Virus record (IMG/VR): IMGVR_UViG_3300043449_002292 | Span: 64,001 to 128,000 of that record | DNA: 64,000 nt | Source of the DNA: a virus | Strand: one strand, 5' to 3' | In this document: positions 42,897-51,748 of the stretch, one piece after another | How positions within the stretch are numbered: position 1 is the first letter of the stretch | How the letters are laid out: each line of letters begins with the position of its first letter | Program-made: the position numbers and the translations under genes | The notes under the pieces: generated by a model | The model's input: the letters and a program-made list of their open reading frames with translations, nothing else | Told to the model about the DNA's origin: nothing | The model's database searches: none

Positions 42897-44802
42897 CTGC
42901 GCTTCCCGAATTATTTGAAATGTCGGTCTTCTCAGCGATGATCTCGCTATTCCCTATACCTATCTTCGTCCGCATGTCTTTCAACGATAATCCGAGCTGC
43001 GGCGTCATCTTCGGTCTTGGAAAAGCTGGTTCATCGTAGAGCTCCTGCATCAAGCTCATCTGCTTACGAGATTCGACAGCCACTGAGTAAAGCTCGTCCT
43101 CATCAAAGACTCGATTGCTGGTGTCCTGATCGCGCGCCCAGCTTCCAACGCCCGCCATCTTGAACATGTCAGGCATATCGACCGACGCAGCGGTGCTGCG
43201 ATCTCGGGTGGTCTCTACGTCCTTACCGAAGACATTTCGTATCTTCTTCTCAGCCTTGAGAGGAAGATCCTCATTCTCGATCGATAGTATCGCCGGACGC
43301 TCAACGCCGGAAGAGACGATCTCGCCCTCTCTCTCATAACCAGCTGTCAGCGCGCCGCCGCCGGCTGCAGCGCCACCACCGCCAACTCCACCAGCGCCCT
43401 CAGGTCCAGGAACCGCCTCAAGATCAGCGTCCTCGGTCTTATCAGCCTTCCTACCCTCTTTGATATTCTCGATGTCCTCATCGGAGAGACCCATGATATT
43501 CTTGCGAACCCAACGACGATCAACGATACCCTCAGGAGCCTTTCCGGCGATGTCGAAACGTGAGGAGATGAGCTCAAGTTTCTGCTGCTGGGCGATCGTG
43601 GAAGGATTGGAAAGCTTAAGCGTAAAGTCAAGCAGATCCTCTCCTGTGTAGCCGTGGGAGTAGAGATGAATCATCGCCATCTTGTTGAGTTCTGATATCA
43701 CAACCTTCTGGATCCTTGAGATAGTTCTGGAGAACCTGATGTCCTCCTGCGCTAGGGTAGCCTTCGCACCGATTTCCTCGTCGTAACCGAGGTAAGCTTT
43801 CGGAATCTTCAAGGCAGCGAAGAGCTTCTTCTGGATGTATTGCACGTCCTCTATCGCCGCGGCGTTAGATCCACCCGCCAGTGAATCGATCTTGGTTCCC
43901 GTCTCACCGCCGCGAACTGGAATGAAGTAGTCCTCATCAACTGCGAGAGGATTGTAACGAAGGTCCATCTTTCCGTTTGCTTTATCAGCGACCTTGTTCC
44001 TCTTCAGGCTCGTCTGCGCCTGCTCCATGAAGTTTGCAATCTCCTCGGGTGGGATGTTGCCGACATCAATGTAAAACACACGACGCTCAGGAGCACGAAC
44101 GATGCGATAGACGAGCATCGCATCCTCCATGAGAATCAGCTGGCGCCAGATACGCCGAGCAGACTCTAGAACTGACGATCCGTATGGAAGGAAAGCGTCA
44201 TTACCGAGGAGTCTGAAGTGTGAAATCTGCCAATTCTCAAGGACCTGATTCCCGCGGGTGATCCAACGGAAGCGAACCGCCATGGGATCCTTCGGATCGT
44301 AACCTTCCTCACGCTCCATCTCGGAGATTGGAATCGGGTAGGCATTGATGATTCCGTAGTTCGGGTGCACGTCGTTGAAGAGGAAGAAGTCGCCATACTT
44401 GCAGAGATTCCTCGTCCACATCGGTAAGTTGAACTCGATGTTCAGCGTATCAGTGAAAAGTGTCTCGAGCAGCTCCCTGATCCTTCGATTCTCGGAGTGA
44501 ATGTGAAGGACCTGACCCTTCTCATCCTGTGAAACGGTCTCCTCCGCATAAATGTCAAGAGCGGAGGCAATCTCTGGTGTTGCTTCCATCTCAGAGAAGT
44601 CTGAGTATCTTGACATGCGATCAAAAGCACCGTAAGCAGACACGGTGCTTGAGTAGATGTCGGACTGATTCCTTCTAAACATCTCATAGGCTGAGGATGC
44701 AGTAGGTTCAGAGAAATTTTTCACCTTTCGACGGATAACTGGCCCGGACCTAAAGAGCTGGGTCAGCCGCTGAAAAAGATTCTTGTTTGTTTTTTCTGCC
44801 AT
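42889..44802 (-). CDS. gp20: Portal protein (T4 gp20-like)
   Basis: PEIASALD, QLILMEDAMLVYRIVRAPERRVFYIDVGN, EDYFIPVRGG, IEDVQYIQKKLFAALKIP. Confidence 0.96.
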   Translation of the reverse strand: MAEKTNKNLFQRLTQLFRSGPVIRRKVKNFSEPTASSAYEMFRRNQSDIYSSTVSAYGAFDRMSRYSDFSEMEATPEIASALDIYAEETVSQDEKGQVLHIHSENRRIRELLETLFTDTLNIEFNLPMWTRNLCKYGDFFLFNDVHPNYGIINAYPIPISEMEREEGYDPKDPMAVRFRWITRGNQVLENWQISHFRLLGNDAFLPYGSSVLESARRIWRQLILMEDAMLVYRIVRAPERRVFYIDVGNIPPEEIANFMEQAQTSLKRNKVADKANGKMDLRYNPLAVDEDYFIPVRGGETGTKIDSLAGGSNAAAIEDVQYIQKKLFAALKIPKAYLGYDEEIGAKATLAQEDIRFSRTISRIQKVVISELNKMAMIHLYSHGYTGEDLLDFTLKLSNPSTIAQQQKLELISSRFDIAGKAPEGIVDRRWVRKNIMGLSDEDIENIKEGRKADKTEDADLEAVPGPEGAGGVGGGGAAAGGGALTAGYEREGEIVSSGVERPAILSIENEDLPLKAEKKIRNVFGKDVETTRDRSTAASVDMPDMFKMAGVGSWARDQDTSNRVFDEDELYSVAVESRKQMSLMQELYDEPAFPRPKMTPQLGLSLKDMRTKIGIGNSEIIAEKTDISNNSGSADE

Positions 44803-44840
44803 TTTGATCCTAATTCTACTCGTTAATCTAACAGCTTAAA

Positions 44841-46436
44841 TTATCCCCTGATCAACCAACCGAATCGAGAGTATGCATTGGCACCAATCGCCGTGTTACC
44901 AGGAATCGCATCGACCATTATTGGTGACAAAGGACGTCCCATGTGCGGCACCAGCGGATCCTCATTGTGATCTCTCTTATTCACTGCGAATGCTGATAGC
45001 ATCGCTTTCGTGACTTCCTGACTCTGACGTGAATAGTCTATGTTCGTGTCAAAAAGCCAGATCCCTATCGCTAGCGCCATGACGAGATCGTCGTTGTAGC
45101 CTTTCATAGCTTTTGCAGTCTGCCCGATCCACGTGAACGTCTTCAGTTCCTCAACCATACGGGTGGAACGAATCTTGATCTGCTTGTTTCTGATGACTTC
45201 TTCAAGCTTCGTGAGGATCTTGGTCCTGTTCGACGGCCCGGTCGTGAAACCAATGTTTGCCACATCCTCGGAGCCCGCTGAGGCTCCCATGAACATGTAT
45301 TTTTTATCCTTGTAGTAGAGGTTAGGATAACCGAGTTCCTTCAGCTTCATACAAACCGCATACCCATAGCTGTTGTTCTCTGGGCAGACGAGCGCCTTGT
45401 TGTACCTCAGTCCTGCCTCGTTTAAGAGGACGGCAAACTGATCGGGCGGAACTTTACCTTTGAACTCCGACACCTGCTCACCGAAAGTTGTATCGATGAC
45501 GTGGAAGCTTGAGTAATCGGCTCCATCGCCTCTGGCCACATCGGCGCTGATAATGTACTTGTGCTCTGGTAACGCGTAACGCCAGATCCACACCCCCATC
45601 TCAGGGCCCCAACGCTCGATCGGTGTCTGGGTCTGGGAGATGATGTATTCAAGTTCATTCGCTCCAAGAAACGTATCACCTGATGCAGCAAAGTCGCAGA
45701 GGAGCTCTTGCGCGACCTGCTTGCGGGTCATGTTCCTCGACTCGTTATCGAACCAAGCCTGATCGCGTTCTGGATGCACGTCCCAAGGAAGCTTTATCGC
45801 GTTGAATTCGTTGAGTCCTGCCTCACCCTCGACGTACAGCTTGTGATACTGTCCACCGACGCCGTTAGGGGTAGAGAGGACGATAGCGCGACCACCTGTC
45901 GATAGCGTGGGATACAGACCAGTCCAGAGCTCATCGAAGTTACCGATGAACGCTGCCTCATCGACTATCAGAAGTGTTAGGGCCTCGGATCGACCAGCGT
46001 CATCGGACGTTGGGATCGCCTTGATCGATGAACCGTTACTGAACTCTATCACCTGCTTCGTATCAGATCTGACAGTTGGCATGACAAGCCATGTCGGTAG
46101 GTTCTGCAGCATGACCTTCACCTTCTTGATGAAGTTCTGCGCAACGGCGAGCTTTGTGGCGATGATGAGGATCGCCTTATCCTTGTAGAAGAGGGCGAGC
46201 CAGAGCGCGTAGGCAGCAGCGAGTGTCGAGATTCCAAGCTGCCGTGATTTCAGGATAACATTGAATCGATGCTCTTCAAACTGCTCGAGGCACTCATCCT
46301 GGAACTTGTACGTGTCAAACCCAACTAGACCCCTCGTCGGGTGCTGGATCTTAACATACTTGTTAATGAAATAAGAAGAGTTCTTACCGCAGCTGATAAT
46401 TTCTGCGACCTGTTTATCTTTGGAAAGGACGGCCAC
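44841..46436 (-). CDS. terL: Terminase large subunit (T4 gp17-like)
   Basis: KSRQLGIST (Walker A), LIVDEAAF (Walker B), LSTPNG, nuclease ADVARG and NDDLVMALA. Start moved to GTG 46436 (1 nt after the upstream stop, preceded by GGTGGTG) instead of 46478. Confidence 0.95.
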   Translation of the reverse strand: MAVLSKDKQVAEIISCGKNSSYFINKYVKIQHPTRGLVGFDTYKFQDECLEQFEEHRFNVILKSRQLGISTLAAAYALWLALFYKDKAILIIATKLAVAQNFIKKVKVMLQNLPTWLVMPTVRSDTKQVIEFSNGSSIKAIPTSDDAGRSEALTLLIVDEAAFIGNFDELWTGLYPTLSTGGRAIVLSTPNGVGGQYHKLYVEGEAGLNEFNAIKLPWDVHPERDQAWFDNESRNMTRKQVAQELLCDFAASGDTFLGANELEYIISQTQTPIERWGPEMGVWIWRYALPEHKYIISADVARGDGADYSSFHVIDTTFGEQVSEFKGKVPPDQFAVLLNEAGLRYNKALVCPENNSYGYAVCMKLKELGYPNLYYKDKKYMFMGASAGSEDVANIGFTTGPSNRTKILTKLEEVIRNKQIKIRSTRMVEELKTFTWIGQTAKAMKGYNDDLVMALAIGIWLFDTNIDYSRQSQEVTKAMLSAFAVNKRDHNEDPLVPHMGRPLSPIMVDAIPGNTAIGANAYSRFGWLIRG

Positions 46437-46437
46437 T

Positions 46438-46809
46438 TCACACCACCTGCAGCGTGACCTGTCTCCTGTAGTACGCAACTCGACGAGCCGAGTTATTCGT
46501 GGCTACAATTACCTCCAGCGAGTCCTTATTTGAAACTTCCTTGAGTTTGATCGCGGAGCCTGTAGCTTCCTTGAACTTACTCTTAAGATCAGCGACGCAC
46601 TTTCCAAGAATTTCGATGGATTCATGAGACACCCGATCAGCCTGCGCACGAAGGGCGCTCTCGGCCGCGAAGTGAACCACTGTCATGTACTTGAGCGTTA
46701 ACGTGTCACCGTTTGTGGAGCATGTAACGGAATTCGGCATGGAAGATACGCCCCAACCCTTTTGCGTTATCTGTGCCAGGGTGTTGAGGTCTTTTGTTGA
46801 TAGATGCAT
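46438..46809 (-). CDS. Hypothetical protein co-transcribed with terminase
   Basis: 123 aa, SD GGGAG, ATATTTAG motif at 46836-46829. Confidence 0.75.
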   Translation of the reverse strand: MHLSTKDLNTLAQITQKGWGVSSMPNSVTCSTNGDTLTLKYMTVVHFAAESALRAQADRVSHESIEILGKCVADLKSKFKEATGSAIKLKEVSNKDSLEVIVATNNSARRVAYYRRQVTLQVV

Positions 46810-46828
46810 TTCGTATAACTCTCCCAGT

Positions 46829-47110
46829 CTAAATATGCACCCTCGAGTGAGGCGACGCTAGTCTCTTCGCGACGACCTCAGAAATCTTAGCTGGATCTGG
46901 TCTCCATCCTTCTAACCACGACTTCCTGTTAGTATCTACGATTTCATTTTCACAATCGAAGCAAGCACCGCATCTCGACAGAGAAATCGTATCTATCTCA
47001 TCTATTGAAACACATCCGCAAATCAAGCACGAGATTGGAACTGATTCTCCCTTGGCATCTCCCCTCTTAACGATACGATACCCATTTTTCAGCTCAACTT
47101 CCTTCTTCAT
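46829..47110 (-). CDS. Small zinc-finger-like protein
   Basis: CLIC...CFDC, ends GWRP; translationally coupled to the Mre11-Rad50 gene (TAATG). Confidence 0.7.
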   Translation of the reverse strand: MKKEVELKNGYRIVKRGDAKGESVPISCLICGCVSIDEIDTISLSRCGACFDCENEIVDTNRKSWLEGWRPDPAKISEVVAKRLASPHSRVHI

Positions 47111-50100
47111 TAATACCTCACCCTTGCGTCGATACCATCGTGAGAGATCTCGATCACGTTATCTACAATGTCCTTTATGCTGTCGACGTGGGAGATGACA
47201 AGCATGTTCTTGAAGTTACGCTTGAGTGACGTCAGCAATCTAGCGCATGCCTCGAGGTTGGTGTCATCCAGGGCGCCAAAGCCCTCGTCTATGATGAAAA
47301 GATCAGGCTTAGGAATCGCGGAAACTTCGATCAGGGCGGTTCTGATCGCAAGTGAGGAGATCATCTTCTCCATTCCCGACGCAAGCTCGATCGGTCGTTT
47401 GGAGTCCCCGTAGTCAATGAAGATCTCGAGATCGCCGTCCTCCTCATTAGCCAGGAGCTCAACGTTGAAATTGGCCACGCCGGTTAGGACCTTGGCAATC
47501 TCCTGATTGATCCGCGGGAGCTGGGAAGCGATGATCTGCAGTGGGATGCCATCCTTACCCGTAGCGGACAGGATGGTCTCATAGATCTTCCAGTCAGCCT
47601 GCAGCTTCTCGATCCGAGCTATGTCCTGCTTAAGACGAGTGATTTCAGATCCGATGGCACCGATACGCTGGTTATCCTTCAGGATTCTCTTCGAAATCTC
47701 GGTTGCCTTTCTCTCCTGCTCGTCAACCTCGAGCTGCATCGTCTTTACCTGCTCAAGGGCTGATACCGAAATCGCAGCGCGAATCTCCTGTAACAATTTG
47801 TTCACTCTCTGCGACTCCTGCTCATGAGACTCTACGAGAGACTCCAAAGTCTTCACCCGACTCTCATGGGCCGCGTGGGATGTCTTCATGGATGGCAGCT
47901 TCGACTGTAGGGAGCTTAGCTTCTCGAACCGCTCCTTCATCTCCCTCAGGTTCTCAGAATCAAAGCTCTGCTTCAGCTCATCGATTGTCGTGGCTATCTC
48001 GTCAAGGACTGCCTTGTGAGCAGGTATCAGCAGCTTGTCAGCGTGTGAATCCTTGATGTATTTGCAGGTTGGGAACTTGTCGCCGCAGGGAACATCCGAC
48101 AGCTTGCTCACTGATCGTTCCAAGCGCTGTAACGCGTCAGACTCATTTTTAAGCTTCGTCTGAGCCTCTCCAATCTTGCTAGAGACACGCTCCGATCGAT
48201 CGATGTCAGCTTTCAATGACGAGATGTCTGACTTTTCGAAAACCTCATCAACCTTCTGGATCTTTCGCTGCAGCTCGTCACGCTCCTCAATCGCCTGCGC
48301 CAGCTCATTCTTGGCTCGCTTGATCTTAGACTCGAGAGTTACAAGTTCTGACTCGTAATTCTTGATATCGTCAAGCGTATGTGAGGATCCGGGAGATTCA
48401 CGTTCCAGTATCGCTCGAAGCTTCTTCACATGGGATTCTATGGAGAGCTTCTCATTCTCGAGGATTGCCACCTCATCGTGAAGGTTCTTCTCCTCGATTT
48501 CCTTCGACTCGATGGAAGCGCGTAGATCCAAGGCAGGGGTGCGCTTCAACTCGGACTTGATGGAGCTTGACGCTTCCTTGGCGAGCAGGTTCAGGGAATC
48601 AAAAACCTGCAGGTTCAGGAACTTCGAGAGTATGTTCTTGCGTGCGGTGGCACGCTCCTTCAGGAAGGTGTTCATCTCCCCCTGCGCCGCGAATGACGTG
48701 AGCAGGAAATCGTCCGAGGTTCCGATGAGGGAACGGAGCACCTTATCGGAATCCTTGCGCTGCTCTCCCGAGATATCCTCAACTGGCTTACCGTCCGCGT
48801 CGATCTTGAAAAGGTTGAGGTGGGTGACGGCGTGCTGTAGACCTGCTTTCGTCTGGTGCTTCACAGATTGGCGCTCTGACATGTAGGTGTCATTTCCAGC
48901 TTGAAATTCCACAGCCGCCTTACAGTAGTCCTTCCTTGTATTGATGATGTGAAGGTTCTTGATCGGCCCACGATCGGTCGTATTGAATAGGGAATACATG
49001 ATCGTACCAGGGATCGATGACTTACCTTGAGCATTTCGACCGAAGATGCCTGTGATACCGCTCAGGTTCTCGAAATCGATCTCATTCTCCGTCCCGTAGG
49101 AGTAGGTGTTATCCCACTTGATCTTCTTGATCGACCACTTGACATCGCCCAACCTCTCATCGGCTGGTAGGGATTCGATGAGCTTCGACACGGTGGATTC
49201 CAGCTTCATGAGAGAGTCACCTGATACTCCTTTGGATTCAGCGTAACTCCTGAACAATCCCTTGATGGTTGTGGGGTCACGAAGGTTCTCACGTGAGAGT
49301 GTGGTTGAACCCGCCCGCATCTCCTCCTTCACCTGCTCACCAACGAACTTCCAGACGACCTCTGTCGCTGACATCTTTTTACGAAGCTCGCCAGCAAGCT
49401 GTCTGGACTCGGATATAACGATGTCCTCGCTGTTCAGAACCCTGAACCTGGACCCTCTGGGTAGCTTCTCGCAAACCTGCATCGTGGACGAGACGTCACC
49501 CTGCCATTCAACGGTCTGGAATGGGCGTGGATTCTTCAGCTTAATGAAGTTGACCCGATAATCTTCCCGACCCTTGATCTGCCAGAAGAGAAACCCCTTC
49601 TCGGTGTCCTCACCGTAGTTCTGCTGCACGGTGGAGCCCGGATAGGCGATCCTGGTGTCTCCATCGAGGAACTGCCGACGGTGGATATCTCCGAGGAGAG
49701 TGAAATCGTAAGGTCGAAACATGTCGACCGTCACCTCACCCTCGATGGGCATGCCAGTATCGAGGAGGGAACCTCCTACCGCTCCGTGGTAGAGGGCGAT
49801 GTTGATCAGGTTGGGATCATCGCTCGGGTTGCACTTACCCCAGTTCTCCTCATCGAAGCATGAAAAGTTAGCGAAGTTGATTCCATTGATCTCGTAGTTT
49901 CCCGAGTCCTTCAGGAAGTGGATATTATGATGATCAAGTGCAGAGATAATGGGAGAGATCGCATCAAGACGGGACTTATTATGGATGAGGCCGTCATGAT
50001 TGCCGAGAATAACAACGGTGGGCCAGTTCGAAAGCTTCTGAAACCACCAACGGAGACGATCCACGAGCTCCGGGGTGATGCCTTGCGTCTTCGAGTGGAC

Positions 50101-50238
50101 GATGTCGCCACCGACGACGATCATGTCTGGATGGAGCTCATCGAGCTTCCTGAAGAAATCCTCGAACACCTCGGTGTATTCATCATGACGCTGCAGGCCG
50201 CGCCAGTGGATGTCGGCAATATGTGCGATCTTGATCAA
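47110..50238 (-). CDS. Fused Mre11/SbcD (gp47) nuclease and Rad50/SbcC (gp46) ATPase
   Basis: HIADIH, GGDIVH, GNHD, YHG, GDIH phosphoesterase motifs; Walker A GRNAQGKS, coiled coil, signature ASGMEK, Walker B/D-loop IIDEGFGALD, ISH. Confidence 0.93.
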   Translation of the reverse strand: MIKIAHIADIHWRGLQRHDEYTEVFEDFFRKLDELHPDMIVVGGDIVHSKTQGITPELVDRLRWWFQKLSNWPTVVILGNHDGLIHNKSRLDAISPIISALDHHNIHFLKDSGNYEINGINFANFSCFDEENWGKCNPSDDPNLINIALYHGAVGGSLLDTGMPIEGEVTVDMFRPYDFTLLGDIHRRQFLDGDTRIAYPGSTVQQNYGEDTEKGFLFWQIKGREDYRVNFIKLKNPRPFQTVEWQGDVSSTMQVCEKLPRGSRFRVLNSEDIVISESRQLAGELRKKMSATEVVWKFVGEQVKEEMRAGSTTLSRENLRDPTTIKGLFRSYAESKGVSGDSLMKLESTVSKLIESLPADERLGDVKWSIKKIKWDNTYSYGTENEIDFENLSGITGIFGRNAQGKSSIPGTIMYSLFNTTDRGPIKNLHIINTRKDYCKAAVEFQAGNDTYMSERQSVKHQTKAGLQHAVTHLNLFKIDADGKPVEDISGEQRKDSDKVLRSLIGTSDDFLLTSFAAQGEMNTFLKERATARKNILSKFLNLQVFDSLNLLAKEASSSIKSELKRTPALDLRASIESKEIEEKNLHDEVAILENEKLSIESHVKKLRAILERESPGSSHTLDDIKNYESELVTLESKIKRAKNELAQAIEERDELQRKIQKVDEVFEKSDISSLKADIDRSERVSSKIGEAQTKLKNESDALQRLERSVSKLSDVPCGDKFPTCKYIKDSHADKLLIPAHKAVLDEIATTIDELKQSFDSENLREMKERFEKLSSLQSKLPSMKTSHAAHESRVKTLESLVESHEQESQRVNKLLQEIRAAISVSALEQVKTMQLEVDEQERKATEISKRILKDNQRIGAIGSEITRLKQDIARIEKLQADWKIYETILSATGKDGIPLQIIASQLPRINQEIAKVLTGVANFNVELLANEEDGDLEIFIDYGDSKRPIELASGMEKMISSLAIRTALIEVSAIPKPDLFIIDEGFGALDDTNLEACARLLTSLKRNFKNMLVISHVDSIKDIVDNVIEISHDGIDARVRY

Positions 50239-51191
50239 AGGATGCTCCCGCTTCTCATGATTTTAGAGAGGTTAATAATACCCTGAAACTTGTCCCAAGT
50301 TCTAGCCTGCGATTTCGCTTCTAGAAATTCCTGACGTGTCATCTCACCAACGTCCTTGTAATCACCGAGATTCAGTATCCTCACAGGGACGTCAAATTCC
50401 GACAGGGCTTTCGCCCACTTATGCTGCTTCTCTGGCATGTCACTGTCAAGTGCAAGGACAACAGGTGTTCTGTTTCTAGCGATCGCCTGGAACAGCGCTG
50501 ACTTCCTGGACATGTTGGAACCGAGGATCGCCGTCGCGTTACTGTCACACTTCGTCAGATCGAATGGACCCTCAACAAGCGTCAGCTCCTGACGCCAATC
50601 GAGATTCAGCTCGTTGAAGATGAATTCACCGCGTGGTATCGAGGGATTCACATACTTCCCAACAGCTTTCTTATCTATCGCGCGGGCGGTCCAGTAGTTC
50701 AGCTTTCCGTCGGAGTCGAATGACGGCATGATCACACGACGAGCGAGTCGACCACGTCGAACGAATCCGAGTCGGAAATACCACATCTCACGCAGTCCGA
50801 GCCCACGCTCATGGACATAATCAAGGCAAGCCCGCGTGTCAGGATCACGAGCATCGGTGCACTCAGCCAGCAACCTGAACCCCAACGGCAGCTCGACCTT
50901 CGGAGCTTCGACAACCTCATCCATGAACCGACGCTGGTGTGAACCAGTGACCCCCTCCCACCTCGCGGCGACCTCGGGTGATAGCTTACGCAGCACCTTC
51001 GCGATCGAGGCTCCACGGGCATCGCAGACCCAGCAGTGATACTGTCCTGTGTCGATGCGAACGATAAACTTTTGCTTCTTGGACTCCTTACAATCAGGAC
51101 AGCGAAAGGCAGCGTTGATGCCTTTTCGGTCCAACGTGCATGCTCCAAGAGCGCGCGTCAGGATCTCGACTCTTTCCTTGGCGTCTATCAC
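50235..51191 (-). CDS. DNA primase (zinc ribbon plus TOPRIM)
   Basis: CPDC...HCWVC, RVIMPSFD..G.LNYWTAR, KYVNP, LVEGPFD, ALDSD, KDVGEM. Confidence 0.92.
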   Translation of the reverse strand: MIDAKERVEILTRALGACTLDRKGINAAFRCPDCKESKKQKFIVRIDTGQYHCWVCDARGASIAKVLRKLSPEVAARWEGVTGSHQRRFMDEVVEAPKVELPLGFRLLAECTDARDPDTRACLDYVHERGLGLREMWYFRLGFVRRGRLARRVIMPSFDSDGKLNYWTARAIDKKAVGKYVNPSIPRGEFIFNELNLDWRQELTLVEGPFDLTKCDSNATAILGSNMSRKSALFQAIARNRTPVVLALDSDMPEKQHKWAKALSEFDVPVRILNLGDYKDVGEMTRQEFLEAKSQARTWDKFQGIINLSKIMRSGSIL

Positions 51192-51208
51192 ATTAGAATA
51201 GTAAAAGG

Positions 51209-51748
51209 TTACTGAGCTTTTAACAGATACGCAGCCCGAGCCATCACGTAGGCGTCGGCAGCGTCATTGACCCCGGAGGCGAAGAGCGTCATACCCTTCC
51301 TCTTGCCCGTCGTCGCGACACGACGCGGGAGCTGAGTCCCGGTCACGACCTCAACCCACTCCATGATCTGATCCTTCGTGTCACGAGCCTTATCGATCTT
51401 GATCCCCAGACCGCGACGGGCTGATGTCGAATCGAAAAAGATCGGTTTCACGTTGAACACGTCATAGGCGAGCCAGGAGACGATGCCGTTGAATCGAGCG
51501 AGCGTCAGCAGTGTGTGGGCCGAGCTCATCCCACGGCGGAATCCCTGCAGGGGCTCCTCAATGGAGATCTTGGACACGAAGTATTTCGATTGCAGATCCA
51601 GCAGACCATTTCGAACCGCCTGCGCCTTGTCGAACAGGTTATCGTGTTTGATGAGCTTGAAGCTACCCATCTCAACCAAGCTGCCGTCATCATTCAGGAT
51701 CGCCCAACCCGTCGAAGATGTTGAGACATCGAGACCGAGTATCATCAC
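51209..51748 (-). CDS. ruvC: RuvC-like Holliday junction resolvase
   Basis: ILGLDVSTSSTGW, ISIEE, LARFNGIV, NDAADA. Confidence 0.85.
   Translation of the reverse strand: MMILGLDVSTSSTGWAILNDDGSLVEMGSFKLIKHDNLFDKAQAVRNGLLDLQSKYFVSKISIEEPLQGFRRGMSSAHTLLTLARFNGIVSWLAYDVFNVKPIFFDSTSARRGLGIKIDKARDTKDQIMEWVEVVTGTQLPRRVATTGKRKGMTLFASGVNDAADAYVMARAAYLLKAQ

Noticed and set aside
44841-46478. Terminase start at 46478; inteins or introns in terminase, helicase, RecA or RNR
   Set aside because: 46478 overlaps the upstream gene by 41 nt, whereas GTG 46436 is better placed. Protein lengths are normal and no splicing or homing-endonuclease motifs are visible.
51209-51748. RuvC domain as TnpB/Cas12 or transposase
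   Set aside because: Only 179 aa with a contiguous resolvase motif set; no zinc ribbon, guide region or terminal repeats.
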